Positions 23,680-37,205 of a stretch of DNA of 58,572 nucleotides are shown piece by piece. The position numbers and the translations under genes are program-made. The DNA comes from Chiloscyllium plagiosum (taxonomy: Eukaryota), in contig NC_057751.1 of the NCBI RefSeq assembly GCF_004010195.1, forward strand, positions 17,253,992 to 17,312,563, read 5' to 3'. Under the pieces are notes generated by a model. That model did not search any database. It saw nothing but the letters and a program-made list of their open reading frames with translations, and was not told where the DNA came from. The stretch's first letter is position 1, and the number at the start of each line of letters is the position of its first letter.

Positions 23680-26600
23680 ACTTATCCAAGATGGTGGAAG
23701 AAAATGGTGACTCCTTGGGAGCGGTCTACAGCATTTTTACAAATGGCATATGTATTTGCAGGTTTGAAAACCGTCTGATCGACAAGAAGTGAATATCGAT
23801 GCTGAAATCATAGGATGGACCTCCCTGTGGAAATGTGAAATCAAAATCGAAAGATCTTCACAGGCTGGAAAGTGCTGAGGACGGGTCATTGGACCTGCAA
23901 TAGTACCGTTCATTTCTCTTCACAGGTGCTGCAAAGCCTTTCCAGCACGTTATGATTTTGTCTGGTTGCGATCCGACCAGATTTGGAATGACCGCACACC
24001 CTACGGTGACAAGGCATTGTGCATTCCCAACCAGATTGAATTCTCATAAAACTCAGGCAGCGTCTGTTGCCCACGAAACTACCAGATGCACTCACTTACT
24101 TTCGGAAGCAGCATATTTCTCTCACTGACACCTGAGATGAAAGAGCCGCCGAGAGGACCTCTGCCCCAGGTCCATTGGGAGCACTTACTCACTTCTCGAA
24201 CCAGCTGATTCACTCACCACCATATGGGATCAAACGAGAGCTCCCACACACGCAGGAGGATTTTGAGCCACGCTGAACGTCAGTTGTCTTTGAAACGACA
24301 GGATTTCTAAATCTGTCCTCTCCCAAGCATATATATGGAAAACCTCCAAACTAGGACATAACGATGGATGACCTCAAGGATAGACATGCTTTCAAAAGGG
24401 AATTGCGAGGCTTTTGAATGCTCTGTTGCACAGAGTCATGGCACACCGCGGTTACACCTGACGGTGCCTCACAATCTGTGAAATTGTCAGTTCAAGAAAC
24501 TGAATACTCAGTGACTTCAGGCATGTCAAGGGGCTACGGAATATTCCTTCTAATTGACACCACCTTGTGCTCAGCTGCAGCGATCCTGGTGAGTCACTAC
24601 TCCCTGAACCTAAATATCTTCCAGTAGAATACTATTCCTACTACCTATCAAGTGTGCTTACCACTGGTATCCTAAAATCAGTCTATACTACACCCTATGT
24701 ATAAGTGAAGAACGCACTTGATGAAGTATAGAACGTTGCAAACAGTCTTGAGATGGAATAACCGAAAGCCCCGTTGATGATAGTTGATGAGTTCAACCAG
24801 GTCAATCTCAAGAATGTGTTTCCACAGTAACAAATAGAAATGGCCTGTCTCAACAGTAGTCCAAACATCCTTGATCATCAAAGATGGCTACAACCATTAA
24901 AGATGGCTAACTCTTCATTCTGCATGCGCATTTAAAAACATCAGGCCATAACACTGTCCTAATCCAGGCTTCCAAGCAGAAATTGTAGCGTGAAGTCCCA
25001 GCACAGAAAATAATGCAACGATTATCTGAGAAAACAGAAGGGCTTCAAAGGAACTTTTAAGAATCAGTGGACTGGTCCATGATTAAGAAACCAGCAGAAA
25101 AGCTAAACGCGTTTGCCACTATTGTTACAGACTTTGTTAGCAGGTATGTAGATGGCTGCGTGCCAGTGAAGTTAATCTGGACGTCCCCCAACTGGAAACT
25201 ATGATTGAACTGAAGTATGCAGTCTGTAGGGAAGCCAGCAGCTGAGTTGTTTATGTCGGGTGACTGACGTTTCGCGGAATGCAGGCACGACGTTAGAAAG
25301 GCCATCAGGAACGCGAAGAGGGAGTACCAAACGGTGCAGCAGATCAGGGAAGCATAACAATCTAACCAAACTTGGACATCTAATACTGTGACGATGCTGG
25401 GCTAGAAGAAACCAAAAAAAGGTATCTCCAGCAACAGGGTATTCCTACACGATGAGCTCTGTGCATTCAATGCTCGCTTTGAATATTAGGGCAGTGAACT
25501 GACGCCACGTGTCCTCGCAGCATCGGATCCAGCTGTATATTGAGGCATTGCCACAGGCATTCGATCTGCCTTCTTCAGAGGGAACCCATGGAAACCGACG
25601 AAGCTAGAAGAGGTTTCTCGCCGTGTACTCAATTGCTACAGAGAGTTTGAGTATTCACAGACATCATTATCCTATCTTTAATATAGCCTGATGGTCCCAG
25701 CTTCTTCAAGAGGACTACAATAGCACGAGTGCTAAAGAATAGTCATAAAGTGCACTGCACTGACAACCACACAGTGGCCGTGACATCCATAATTATGAAA
25801 TGTTCAAATAGGTTGGTCTCATTGATTGCCTTGATATCTTGTAATTCGCCTACCGGTCCAACATATCCATTGCTGACACAATCTTGCTCGAGCTGCGCTC
25901 ATGTCAGAAAGTGTGGACAAGAAAGTTGCTGATGGAACAGGGGAATCGATACTTTGGGCAAATACCCGTCTTCAGGATGGGCTTATGCCCAAAATGTGGA
26001 CTCCTCTGCTCCTGGGATGCTGCCTGACCTGCTGTCCTAGTACCACACTCTTTAATCTGACCTCCAGCATTTGCTAACCTCACTTTCTCCCAACGAAGAC
26101 AGTGATGTCAACTTCTACTTATTGACTAGAGCTCCACCTTTAATAATACAATTCAACACAAGCTGATCCCGAAACTCCAGGATCTAGATTTTTGCTCCCG
26201 TCTCTACTGATAGATTTTCAACTTCCTGATACACAGGACACAGACCGTGAATGGAGGAGATAACGGTTTCCCCATGGTAATCCTTAACACGTGTGCCCGT
26301 GAGGCAGCAAGCTCTAACAATTATCCCGCAAGACATTTGCAGCCAAATTCCGCATCAACCCAAGTTACGAGCTTGCGAACTGGCAGAGTAGATCAAATCT
26401 CAAAATCCGACGAGGCAGAGTACAGGAAGGAGATAACATGCTTCGCAGGGCAGAGTCAAGACGGCAATATTTCCATCATCGTCAGCAAAACGAAGGAGTT
26501 AGTCATTGACTACGACAAGATGGGCACGGCCTATCTGCATCAATGGTGCTGTTGTGGAAACGTATTGGAAGTGTCAAGTTGCTGCAAGAGGCGATCAACA

Positions 26601-26745
26601 GCAACTTGTCTGGGTGCACCCATGTTGGCAGGGCGATGAAGAAAGCACAAAATCGTCTTTTCATTCTCATGAGGCAAATGAATTTCAGCATGTGCAGAAC
26701 GAATCTAATCGTTTTTCAATCGATGCTGCAGTGAAGCACTTTGTA
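23680..26745 (+). mobile_element. Rex1/Babar-type LINE, near full length but heavily decayed
   Basis: APE motif LCCTESW (24418); RT-region VAVTSIIMKCSNRLV (25729) and DEAEYRKEI...SKTKELVIDY (26247); 5' boundary uncertain. Confidence 0.78.
25921..26090. mobile_element. Decayed palindromic Penelope-derived element inserted in the Rex1/Babar LINE
   Basis: gaatcgatactttgggcaaatacccgtcttcagga / gggcttatgcccaaaatgtggactcctctgctcctgggatgctgcctgacc...cctcactttctcc. Confidence 0.7.
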
Positions 26746-27829
26746 AATTCTCTTTGCATTTCTCACAGATATCATTGTCTCAGGTGTTGTGCCCATCAAC
26801 CCACTGTGCTACATGTCAGTCTCCAGGTATAAGTATGAGACAATCACTTGCATTATTTTTCAGGTTCAAAGTGAATGAACGTTTAGCACAGTGCTTTTGG
26901 AACACACTGTTCCTTTTCAAACGTTGCTCGCTGAGACAAAATTTGCGACACTTCTGCATAGTTAATGGATCAATCTCTCTCCGGTAGATGAAAGTTGATG
27001 CACAAGTGTCTAGATTGTCGGCATCAACGAAATTCGCAACATTACAATGCACGAAAACTGAATGGAAATGCCAACTTGGAGAATACCATCCAGATGTGGT
27101 CCAGTTACCCGACAAATCTATTAACGTCATCCAAACCATTATAAGACAGCTCACGGTCATATTGAATGCATTATACTTCAATTACATGCATACTCAAGTA
27201 CGGAAGAAGATGATTACAGAGAAAAGTTGAAATGTTATCTTCCAGGCCGCCATCTTAGGTACCTAAAAGAAACACTATCATACATTTTACCACTCGTATC
27301 AGTCACCAGTTCAGAAGCTGTCCTTGCACCATTCCATGCCGGCAGCCCACTTCGTTCCGTGCTTCATGAGGCCACCAGCTGTTGTTTTCAAAAGATTTAA
27401 GTAATGTCCGGTTACCCTCTTGTCGTTCTTTTTTAAAAGGATCTAAAAGCCGAAACATCCAGCAACCATTCCTGCACCTGTGCAATCCATAGCTCTGTTA
27501 TGGCCACAATATAATAGTTCCATTCTCGGTACATGCTCTAAGTTTATCACTTGCATTGAAGCAGGCACACTTTAAGTCGTCCCTTTGCCCTATCAATGGT
27601 ATATCCATCCTGACAGACTCTGTTTCATTCTATTTCGACCAGTTCTTCAACTGAGTCTCTCTTCTGATCTGAAGCGCTGGTTTGCATTCCCCTGCCAATC
27701 TAGTTTAAACACTCCTGAAGTGATGTAAAAATCTCCTGATCAGGACATTCGTTCCCCTCCTGTTTAAGTAGAACAAATCCATAATGTACAGATCCATTTT
27801 CTCCAGCAGGTACCCAATGGAGAGTTTGA

Positions 27830-28195
27830 GACAATAAAATGTCTGAATTTGTTGGACATGGTTTCATTGGAATGTCAAAGGTTGAAAAACAAGCTTCTGG
27901 TACCTAGGATGGGAGAGTTCAAATCTAGGCGGCAGTCTTTCAAGGTAAGATTAGAAAGACATGAAAGACGCGTGAGGGGCAACATTTTCACCCAGGGAAT
28001 GGTTCTTGTCCGGTAAAAAAAAAGGATAGCAGTACAATTACAACATGTTAAATACCTTTCTGTGAGTACATGAGGAAGAAAGATTTGAATAGAAAAGCAT
28101 CAAATGCAATCTAGTGCAACTGCTTTTCCTTGCCAACTTGGACGTCATGAAGTGGTTGGACTGAATAGTCGGTTTCCATGCTGTATGACTCTAGT
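27830..28195 (+). mobile_element. CR1 3' fragment
   Basis: gagttcaaatctagg..tgaggggcaacattttcacccagg..tttccatgctgtatgactct. Confidence 0.7.
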
Positions 28196-28324
28196 AAATA
28201 ATCTGCTCTGCTTTGTTATTTTCTTTATTTTGTCCAGAATTGTCTTTGTTTGATTCTGTGTCGTTTCTGTGAATGGGGGCTGAAAAAACTCTTCCTGTTG
28301 TAAAGCATAGATCATCATCGTCAT

Positions 28325-30010
28325 CCCGGGCCTGACGGGATATATCCTAGGATTATGTGGGAAGCAAGAGAGGAAATTGCAGAGCCGTTGGCAATGATCT
28401 TTTCGTCTTCACTGTCAACAGAAGTGGTACCAGGGGACCGGAGAGTGGCAAATGTTGTGCCCTTGTTCAAAAAAGGGAATAGGGAAAACCCCGTGAATTG
28501 CAGGCCAGTTAGTCTTACTTCTGGTAGGCAAAGTAATGGAAAGGGTACTGAGGGATAGGATTTATGAGTATCTGGAAAGACACTGCTTGATTTGGGACAG
28601 CCAGCACGGATTTGAGAAGGGTAGGTCTTGCCTTACAAGTCTTATAGAATTCTTTGAGGAGGTGACCAAGCATGTGGATGAGGGTAGAGCAGTGGATGTA
28701 GTTTACATGGATTTTAGTAAGGCATTTGATAATGTTTCCCATGGTAGGCTTATGCGGAAAGTCAGGAGGCATGGGATAGTGGGAAATTTGGCCAGTTGGA
28801 TAGAAAACTGACTAACCGGTCGAAGTCAGAGAGTGGTGGTAGATGGTAAATAATCAGTCTGGAGCCCAGTTACAAGTGGAGTTCCGCAGGGATCAGTTCT
28901 GGGTCCTCTGCTGTTTGTAATTTTTATTAATGACTTGGANNNNNNNNNNNNNNNNNNNNNNNNNNNNNNNNNNNNNNNNNNNNNNNNNNNNNNNNNNNNN
29001 NNNNNNNNNNNNNNNNNNNNNNNNNNNNNNNNNNNNNNNNNNNNNNNNNNNNNNNNNNNNNNNNNNNNNNNNNNNNNNNNNNNNNNNNNNNNNNNNNNNN
29101 NNNNNNNNNNNNNNNNNNNNNNNNNNNNNNNNNNNNNNNNNNNNNNNNNNNNNNNNNNNNNNNNNNNNNNNNNNNNNNNNNNNNNNNNNNNNNNNNNNNN
29201 NNNNNNNNNNNNNNNNNNNNNNNNNNNNNNNNNNNNNNNNNNNNNNNNNNNNNNNNNNNNNNNNNNNNNNNNNNNNNNNNNNNNNNNNNNNNNNNNNNNN
29301 NNNNNNNNNNNNNNNNNNNNNNNNNNNNNNNNNNNNNNNNNNNNNNNNNNNNNNNNNNNNNNNNNNNNNNNNNNNNNNNNNNNNNNNNNNNNNNNNNNNN
29401 NNNNNNNNNNNNNNNNNNNNNNNNNNNNNNNNNNNNNNNNNNNNNNNNNNNNNNNNNNNNNNNNNNNNNNNNNNNNNNNNNNNNNNNNNNNNNNNNNNNN
29501 NNNNNNNNNNNNNNNNNNNNNNNNNNNNNNNNNNNNNNNNNNNNNNNNNNNNNNNNNNNNNNNNNNNNNNNNNNNNNNNNNNNNNNNNNNNNNNNNNNNN
29601 NNNNNNNNNNNNNNNNNNNNNNNNNNNNNNNNNNNNNNNNNNNNNNNNNNNNNNNNNNNNNNNNNNNNNNNNNNNNNNNNNNNNNNNNNNNNNNNNNNNN
29701 NNNNNNNNNNNNNNNNNNNNNNNNNNNNNNNNNNNNNNNNNNNNNNNNNNNNNNNNNNNNNNNNNNNNNNNNNNNNNNNNNNNNNNNNNNNNNNNNNNNN
29801 NNNNNNNNNNNNNNNNNNNNNNNNNNNNNNNNNNNNNGTGGGGGCATGGAATGCGCTGCCTGTGGGAGTGGCAGAGTCAGAATCATTGGCCAACTTTATG
29901 TGGCAATTGGATTGGTACATGGATGGGTGCTTAAGCTAGGACAAATGTTCGTCACAACATCGTGGGCCAAAGGGCCTGTTCTGTGCTGTATTGTTCTATG
30001 TTCTGTGTAA
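28325..30010 (+). mobile_element. Young CR1 LINE (RT domain to tail) spanning an assembly gap
   Basis: Near-intact WEAREEIAEPLAMIF...ANVVPLFKKG, SQHGFEKGRSCLTSLIEFFEEVT...VDVVYMDFSKAFD and GVPQGSVLGPLLF; tail follows the gap. Confidence 0.92.
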
Positions 30011-30473
30011 TTGTTCGTCTGCAAAGGGCATTGATGACTTGACAAATTGTTAAGTCTTTCGTTTGAGATTCAAAATCAGAGACAGCAATTAATTATTCAC
30101 AATGCCAATGTTGTTTACTTTTTAAGATGTCGTTAGGAATTATTGAAATTGCTACTGGGGATCTTTGATGGGTTTATATTAAGGGCAAGGTACAAATCAG
30201 ATCATACAGAATCACTGGAATGTCGCCAGCCCAACCATACTGCGCTGACTCATGAAATGAGCATCATTGCTGAGAACATTTGTCATAGAACATGGAACGC
30301 GACAGCACAGTACAGGTCCTTTGGCTCTCGATGTTGCACTGGCCTGTTAAACCACGCTGAGCTGCAAATCCCTGCCTGCTACCAACATGTTTGGACACTA
30401 TTCCAGCCCAAATGATCATCCAATGTTATTTTGAATACCTGCAATATTATGAACAATATTATTTAATATTGTT

Positions 30474-30731
30474 ACAAGGGGACATAAATTTAAGGTGAAG
30501 GGTGGAAGGTATTGGGGGATGTCAGGGGTAGGTTCTTTACCCAGAGAGTAGTGGGGGCATGGAATGCGCTGCCTGTGGGAGTGGCAGAGTCAGAATCATT
30601 GGTGACCTTTAAGCTGCAATTGGATAGGTACATGGATAGGCGCTTAAGCGAGGAAAATTGTTCAGCACAACATCGTGGGCCGAAGGGCCTGTTCTCTGCT
30701 GTATTGTTCTATGTTCTATGTTCGATGTTCT
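30474..30731 (+). mobile_element. Young CR1 3' end
   Basis: GDVRGRFFTQRVVGAWNALP; tail (gttctat)n. Confidence 0.9.
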
Positions 30732-31259
30732 AAGGACATATATACAGCCGAGAGATGGTTCACGACTACTATCAGAGAAAAGAGTGAGGAGTTGGAGTCG
30801 TTGGAATTCAGCAGAATGAGAATCCCGCATTACAAGAGAGTTTATGGTTGCCGGAGTGGACGGGAATGCAGCTTTGTGACTGCAGTCAGGTCAGCAGTGA
30901 TCTTATTGAATTATGAAGCAAACACAAGAGGCTGATTCGTTCTGTTCCTGCACTCGGATTGAACGGTTTATCCAATCAAACACAAGCAGAGCCAGAATGG
31001 AAGGGGTGAAACTCAACCTAGACATCATTGCATGACCATTGCGATCTTTAGAGAAATATTTCTAGATTTCGTATCGGTGACACAATGCCCATCTCGCTTT
31101 ATCTCGTTTCAATCTAAAGGTAAAAAGGTGGTAATATCCCAGAATGTGTGCACGCAACGTATACGCCGAGGAAAGCATTGACTGAAACATTACAGAATGG
31201 TCCTTCCCCACATTGAGTCGGTTCTGACAATATTATGACACATCGAAAGCACAAAACAA

Positions 31260-32090
31260 CATAAAAACAGAAGAACATAAAAAAAAGTTCGAGTACAGTA
31301 GGCCATCTGCGCCATCGAGTCTGCTCCGACATTCAGTGAGATCATGCCTGTGTTTTATTTTGTGGTCTCAAATTCAATGACCCACTCTCTCACAATAGCT
31401 GGTACTTTCTTTCTGCTTCAAAAATCTATCTTTGCCATCAAAGCATTCGAGGAGGTATCCTCAACGGCATCAGTCGGCAGGGAATTCCACAGATTTACTA
31501 CCGTTTTTGTGAAAACGTTTCATCTCAAATCGGTGCTAACACGACAGCCCCTTATTCTGAGGTTTTGGTCATGCAGTTTCGCCCGCCAGGAGAACAGCTT
31601 TGCTGCCTCTATTTTAGTTATTCCTCCATAATTTTGCCTCAGGGCATTTTCAAGTTTGTGAGTTTTCCCGCCTCAACTAGCCTCTTTTCAAGTTTGTGAG
31701 TTTTCCCGCCTCAACTAGCCTCCCAGCAACTTCTCGAACCACGCCATATTCTACACGAAAATATTTTCGTCCCTCGAAATCTCATGGCTTTCAGTTGAAA
31801 GTTGCCTCATTCTTATTGACGCTTCGAGTTTCGGCAAGAACTGCTTTCCATTCACCTTGTCCATGTTCAAGATGAATTTTTGGATCCCTACTGGGTTCCT
31901 ACCACAGGAATTGCTCTGACCTAAACATAAATTCCACCCTTACGTTTTCTCTTTTCGTTACTGAAATTCACCATCCCAGCTAACTTGTTGATCCATATCC
32001 GCTGCAGCCCACGGATTCGCATAATCCCTATACTGCAATGACCAGAACTGCACAGAGTGTTCCAGGTGTCAACTCACCAAGGTTCTGCTG
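31260..32090 (-). mobile_element. Old CR1 3' part
   Basis: gtaggccatctgcgccatcgagtctgctccgacattcagtgagatcatg; gaccagaactgcacagagtgttccaggtg. Confidence 0.7.
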
Positions 32091-33218
32091 GATTCAGCTC
32101 GTCACCAGTGAAATCCGGTCCACCATCGACAAGGCACACTTGAAAAATTTGATCGAAAGCTCCCAACTTTCGATCTTGGATGAGTATAACTCCAACAACA
32201 CGTAAAAAACTTTACATCATCCAGAAGTAAGAAACCCACTTAATCGGCATCACATCCACAGACATGACCTTCTCCACTGGCATTTCTCAGCTGCTGCAGT
32301 GCACGACATCTACATGATTCCCTGTAGAAATAATCAAAATGACGGTGAAAGCAACTTGCAAACACATGACTGCGACCATCGAGAGGGATAAGTATAATAT
32401 GTGCACATAACTGCACGTGTAAGATATCCTCCAAACCAGTCATCATAACCAGCTAACCTCTTTGGTTCTTCTGTGTCACGAATTTAAATTCCAGAAATTG
32501 TCTCCTGAGATAAAATGTGGATGAACCGCCCAAGTCCCATTCACTTATCTCCATGTGGATCTCAACCTCACCGTGATGCTCACCGCTGCTTTTCCTGCTA
32601 ATACCAAACTGCTCCAGCTAACCAATGCATGTGTGCCTTAAGCACCGAAAGCTCCAGGATGACCCTCGATCTAAGATTGTCCGGAAAGTCATCTAGATCT
32701 TAACATTAAAACCAATTGTTTATCTAACATTGTCAAAATTCTAATCCAAATTTAATATTCATTGTACCCTTAACGATACGAATCATACACCTAATCCAGA
32801 ATCCAGGCTATCCCTGCTGATACATTTAAACAGGACTGAAAGTCACTCAATTGCAGTTCCATTGATACTGAATCCTTCATTGAATGTTAAGACTGATCCG
32901 AAGATTAATTGTTAAAGCTCACCACTATCTATCTCTCCGAAACCAAATATCGCCTCTCAATATTAATCACAGAAAGTACCCGTGCCCCTTATCTCTATTC
33001 GAACAGCACGACAACTCTTCTGTCCCATATCAACCCCCAAATATATCACGGTTCCAAGAAACAACATTCACAATGAACCCTAATCTCAGATCAAAACAGG
33101 GCTTGCAATGTGCCCCACGCAAACAAGATAAACATATGCTAACAGGTCGAAACAGGAGACGCAATCAGGAGCATTCACTGAACATCTCCGTGAAACCTTT
33201 TTACCCTCCTGTGAACAG

Positions 33219-33364
33219 TCCACAGTATTCCTGTTTCGGGGCTTTATGCACGAAACGTCAATTCGTCTGCTCCTCGGACGCTGCCTCACCTGCTGTGCTC
33301 TTCCAGCGGCTACTTCTCGACCTTCAATTCCAGCTTCTGCAGTCCTCATTTTCTCCACAATATT
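33219..33364 (+). mobile_element. Short Penelope 3'-end insertion starting at a decayed hammerhead; 11-bp TSD
   Basis: attcctgtttcggggctttatgcacgaaacgtc...gatgctgcct-like; TSD tccacagtatt / tccacaatatt. The paralogue lies at 51720-51859. Confidence 0.7.
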
Positions 33365-35212
33365 ACACAATGCTGATGTAATAATCTGACGAGCATGGTT
33401 CACTAAATGCCAACATATCCTACCCAGCTCGATATCTCACTGGCCTTAATCACATTCACAGACAGATTATTCCCCAGCCTTTCTCTCATCCACAAACACC
33501 CCACAATTTTTTATGTTTGAAGTGTTCTCAAGCTGGACGATGTTTTTGCGGATGTTAGATATTGTTATGCAACTAACAAGATGGTGGGGATATTTTATTC
33601 ATTCGTGTGATATGGGACTCGCTGATGTGACAGCACTTATTGCCGGTTATCAGTTGCCCTAATAAGATGGTGGTAACAGATTCAGTCTGTGTGGTGCATG
33701 GAACGCGGCAGCACTGGCAGCGAGCAAGTTCCAGGATTTTGACCAAGCAACACGAAAAGAGCAATGATGTAAGAACGATGGGTGAATAGGAGGTGGAACT
33801 TTTAGGGGTTGATGTTCTCAAGCAAATATTATCTTGCCTTTCTAGAGAATTATGATCATGATTTTGGATCATAAAACTGCTTTTTTAAAAGTATCTGCAA
33901 TGCATCATGAATATGGTAACCATTGCTCAAATAAACATGGATAATACTGACCTTCTTGTGCACTGTTGAAACAGCACCCAGTCAGGCAAGTCGGGAGGAT
34001 TCCATCAAACTTGCGACTTGTCAGTGTGGAATAAACTTGATGAGTCAGAAGGTTTACAATACTCTAAGCGTCTGAATTGCTCTTGGAGCGAGTGTACGTG
34101 CCTGTCCAAACCACTTTAGTTTCCACTCAATGTTAACCCACACTATGTTGCTTTTCGAGATAGGGAATTCATGGATAACCAGGAAAGCGTAAATACAGGA
34201 TTGTAAAACATAAGTAGTAGAGGTAGAAATTACATGCACAATGCCTCACGTTTGTAAAGTTATAATCATATGTGTATTGGAAGGGTGATGGAAAGTTGCA
34301 TCAGAGCACGAGAGTAAATTAGAACCTGCCAAAGATTCAGTGACATTACAAATCACGTTTTCCCAAGGCTGCCAAATATTCACAACAAATAATTGAGACA
34401 GTTACGTTTCCAAGTTTTTTTTTAAGCACAGGTCTTTTCTGTAGATGTGAACAGTCGATGGAAGACGGAGGTTTGAAGAACTTGGCAATAAGTGAATGCC
34501 CATATAATGGAAAACTACCGTTCTCACAGAACGTGTTGTAAATATGAAGTAAAGCTACCGAGAGCACGGGGAATGTAACTTCAGCAGGGTAGATATGATC
34601 AAGAAACTCAAAGACAAGTGAGTGAGGTAACGATGGAGAGATGAAGAGTTTTGAGACTTATTTATCTGTTATGTCACAAATCTGACGAAGGCCATGGAAA
34701 TTGCCGAATTCTGTTTTGCTCATTTTTATTTTGTGAAATACTCAACTGCATATTTTGAATAAAAGAGGGCGGTGCTATGGAGCGAGTTTGAGTTTGGACC
34801 TTGAAATTCAGTCACTGATCATTGATTGAAGGTCATCATTACGAGGTCTCAAGCTGGAAAAGCAAATATTTACAGGACCATTTGCATTGGACATTGATAC
34901 AGTTTCTAATTCTGTTTAGTTACTTCACGTGATGAGTGTCGTCCATTCATGAGGGAGTCTGTGTTTCTTCCAATTCATTCCACAGGCTAAACATTATCAG
35001 TGTCACAGGACTATTTCAGCTGTTGTCATCTGTTTGTTCCTACGTTTCAAGAAGAAAAAACATAACAAATCAATTCAGAATATTGCGCAACATAAATATC
35101 CACGTGGAGACACTGATGAGTTTAAAATTAAGGTCCTGCAAATCGGTCGTAACAGAATCATACTGAGGGAGATTGCCTACAGAAGCAAGGGACAAATTAA
35201 TGCGCATTGAAA

Positions 35213-35279
35213 ATGCATGCTACAATTTGAACAGTGAGAAAAGTATTCTACCTAGTGCTTTGCATCATTGGTTTTCCTG
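35213..35279 (+). pseudogene. gpr139-like: GPR139/GPR142-like GPCR pseudogene A, exon 1 (MHATI*TVRKVFYLVLCIIGFP)
   Basis: ATG, a TM1 first half, and phase-1 donor cctg|gtgagt matching the exon 2 phase; codon 6 is TGA (CGA in copy B). Confidence 0.8.
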
Positions 35280-36231
35280 GTGAGTGAAGACCATTACTGA
35301 GGCTGATCAACTCTCTGCCTGACCTTGTTTCTGCGGTTGTCCAGTGAGCACGAATGTCAACTGCAGCAGCACATTAGATCAAATATCCCAGATATAACTC
35401 TGCAGTTTCATTTTGCTGCTGCCACTGTTTCAATCTCTCTTCCTTTTGTTATTGCAATCAATGTTGAACCTTTTCATGAGGAGAGCACAGTCTCTGATGA
35501 ATCTTATGTGAAGGACTGTTATCATTTGTACAGTGATTGAATAGAACGAAATTGGGATATTATCCTTCAATTGTTAAGGTTCAGAAATTCATTCCAAACA
35601 GAAACTTTAAAAAGAACCATTTCCAAGAAAAGTCGTGGACTGAAGGAAAACAACAACATGCAATTCCACTGACCATATTATAGCTCAGGCAATGGATGTC
35701 TGAACACAAGGGATTGACAGAAACAAGTTCTTTTAGGCAGCACTAGGTCAGCAGGCAGAAGCGGTCCTTCCCAGCAGACCTGCTGTTTAAGGGTAGACTG
35801 AATAGTTTGCTGGTGCGAGTTGATGGTGGCGGGGAGGTCTTCCAGTTGCTTCCAAGAAATACAGAATCAGAATTTCGTGGATATGTTAGAGACATGTGAT
35901 GAAGTTGTTTCAGGCGCATGGTAATGGAACACAGCTCAAATGATCACCAGTTTGCTTCAGGATTTCAGGGTAAATTGCTGGGGAAAGCAGATACTGCTGT
36001 TTGTGGTAATTTGCCAATGTAGAAATCTATTGCAGTCATGCTCAATGAGTAAGAAGCTTGGGGAAGGATATATAAACTATCCTCCAGTGAGTCTGGAATA
36101 TTCAGAAGATTGTTGTTCATGCAAAAGTGTTGATACTTTCAGCTGATGTTCGAATTACGTTCATTTCACAAAGTTCTCCTGAAGCATGGGCCAGTTCAGG
36201 TTCTATCTCGCACACTCTCGCTCTCACTGTC

Positions 36232-36235
<4 letters not shown>

Positions 36236-36300
<65 letters not shown>
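36236..36300. repeat. (CT)n microsatellite in the GPCR intron
   Basis: Perfect CT run; paralogue at ~54715-54797. Confidence 0.95.
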
Positions 36301-36306
<6 letters not shown>

Positions 36307-36489
36307 TACAATGATCTTTTCTTCGTTATTTTTGCAAGTACATGGCCAGTATCTTCTGGAAAGACCGAGTGGCTGAGATCGATGACAAATAACTCAAAAG
36401 CAAAATCACTGGACAGCCAAGACAGGTGTCACTCTCAGAACAGACCTCTCGTTTTAAAAAAAGGATGACATCTCCAAATAAACGTTAGG

Positions 36490-37205
36490 GTTTGTTTAGT
36501 GATGTAGAATATCGAAACCTAGGGCTTCAGGAACATAATTCTTTGAAATTTGCGCCACATGCAGAAAGGTTGGCTTAAAAGACGTGCAGCACTCTTATAT
36601 TCAGTGCGTAGACCTTTGATGATAGGAGCTGGGGCTGTCCGTTTAGTTTACACAGGACGTTACTTTGGAATCCCCTGGAGTACTGTGTCCAGTTATTATC
36701 GTCCTGCCGTGGAAAAGACGTAATTAAGATGTAGAGGATTCTGTGAAGGTTGGCCAGAATGTCGCCAGGAATGAATTGCTTGTGTTGGAAGGAGAATCTA
36801 GTTCAATGTTCACCGCAGGTAGTTCACGGATAAACTGACAGTGATTTATAAAATCATGAGGGAGCATAAGCAATGCGAATGGCAGGTGTCTCTTCCTTAA
36901 GGTGACGGTTTTAAGGACATTGGAGAGGGGAAAAGTTTCCAAAAAAAAGCACGAAGGACTTTTGTTTTTGCACAGAGAGCAATTCGTATGTGGAATGAAC
37001 TTCGAGAAGAAATAGTTAATGCGGATACCGTCATAACGTTTTAAATACATTCAATCACGTGAATGATTTAGAAACGTTTGAAGGAATATTGGCCAACCGT
37101 GGGAAGGTAATACGAGTTGAGTTTGGGATTACGGTCGCAATGGAATACTTGGACTAAATATCCTGCTTTCAAGCTGTATGACTCTGTGACCCATTGACTC
37201 TCTGA
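36490..37205 (+). mobile_element. Old CR1 3' fragment in the GPCR intron
   Basis: ctggagtactgtgtccagtt, cgtatgtggaatgaact; tail gctgtatgactctgtgac. Confidence 0.7.

Noticed and set aside
32884..33381. 165-aa ORF
   Set aside because: Spans a Penelope insertion and is broken in the paralogous copy B.
34681..34715. ctgacga-aggc...gcc-gaat hammerhead-like string (paralogue near 53172)
   Set aside because: GAAA box and cleavage triplet are absent and stem II is weak; may be chance or a very old remnant.
36117..36468. SL/ER-repeat ORFs (also 54607-54952)
   Set aside because: Translations of (CT)n microsatellites.
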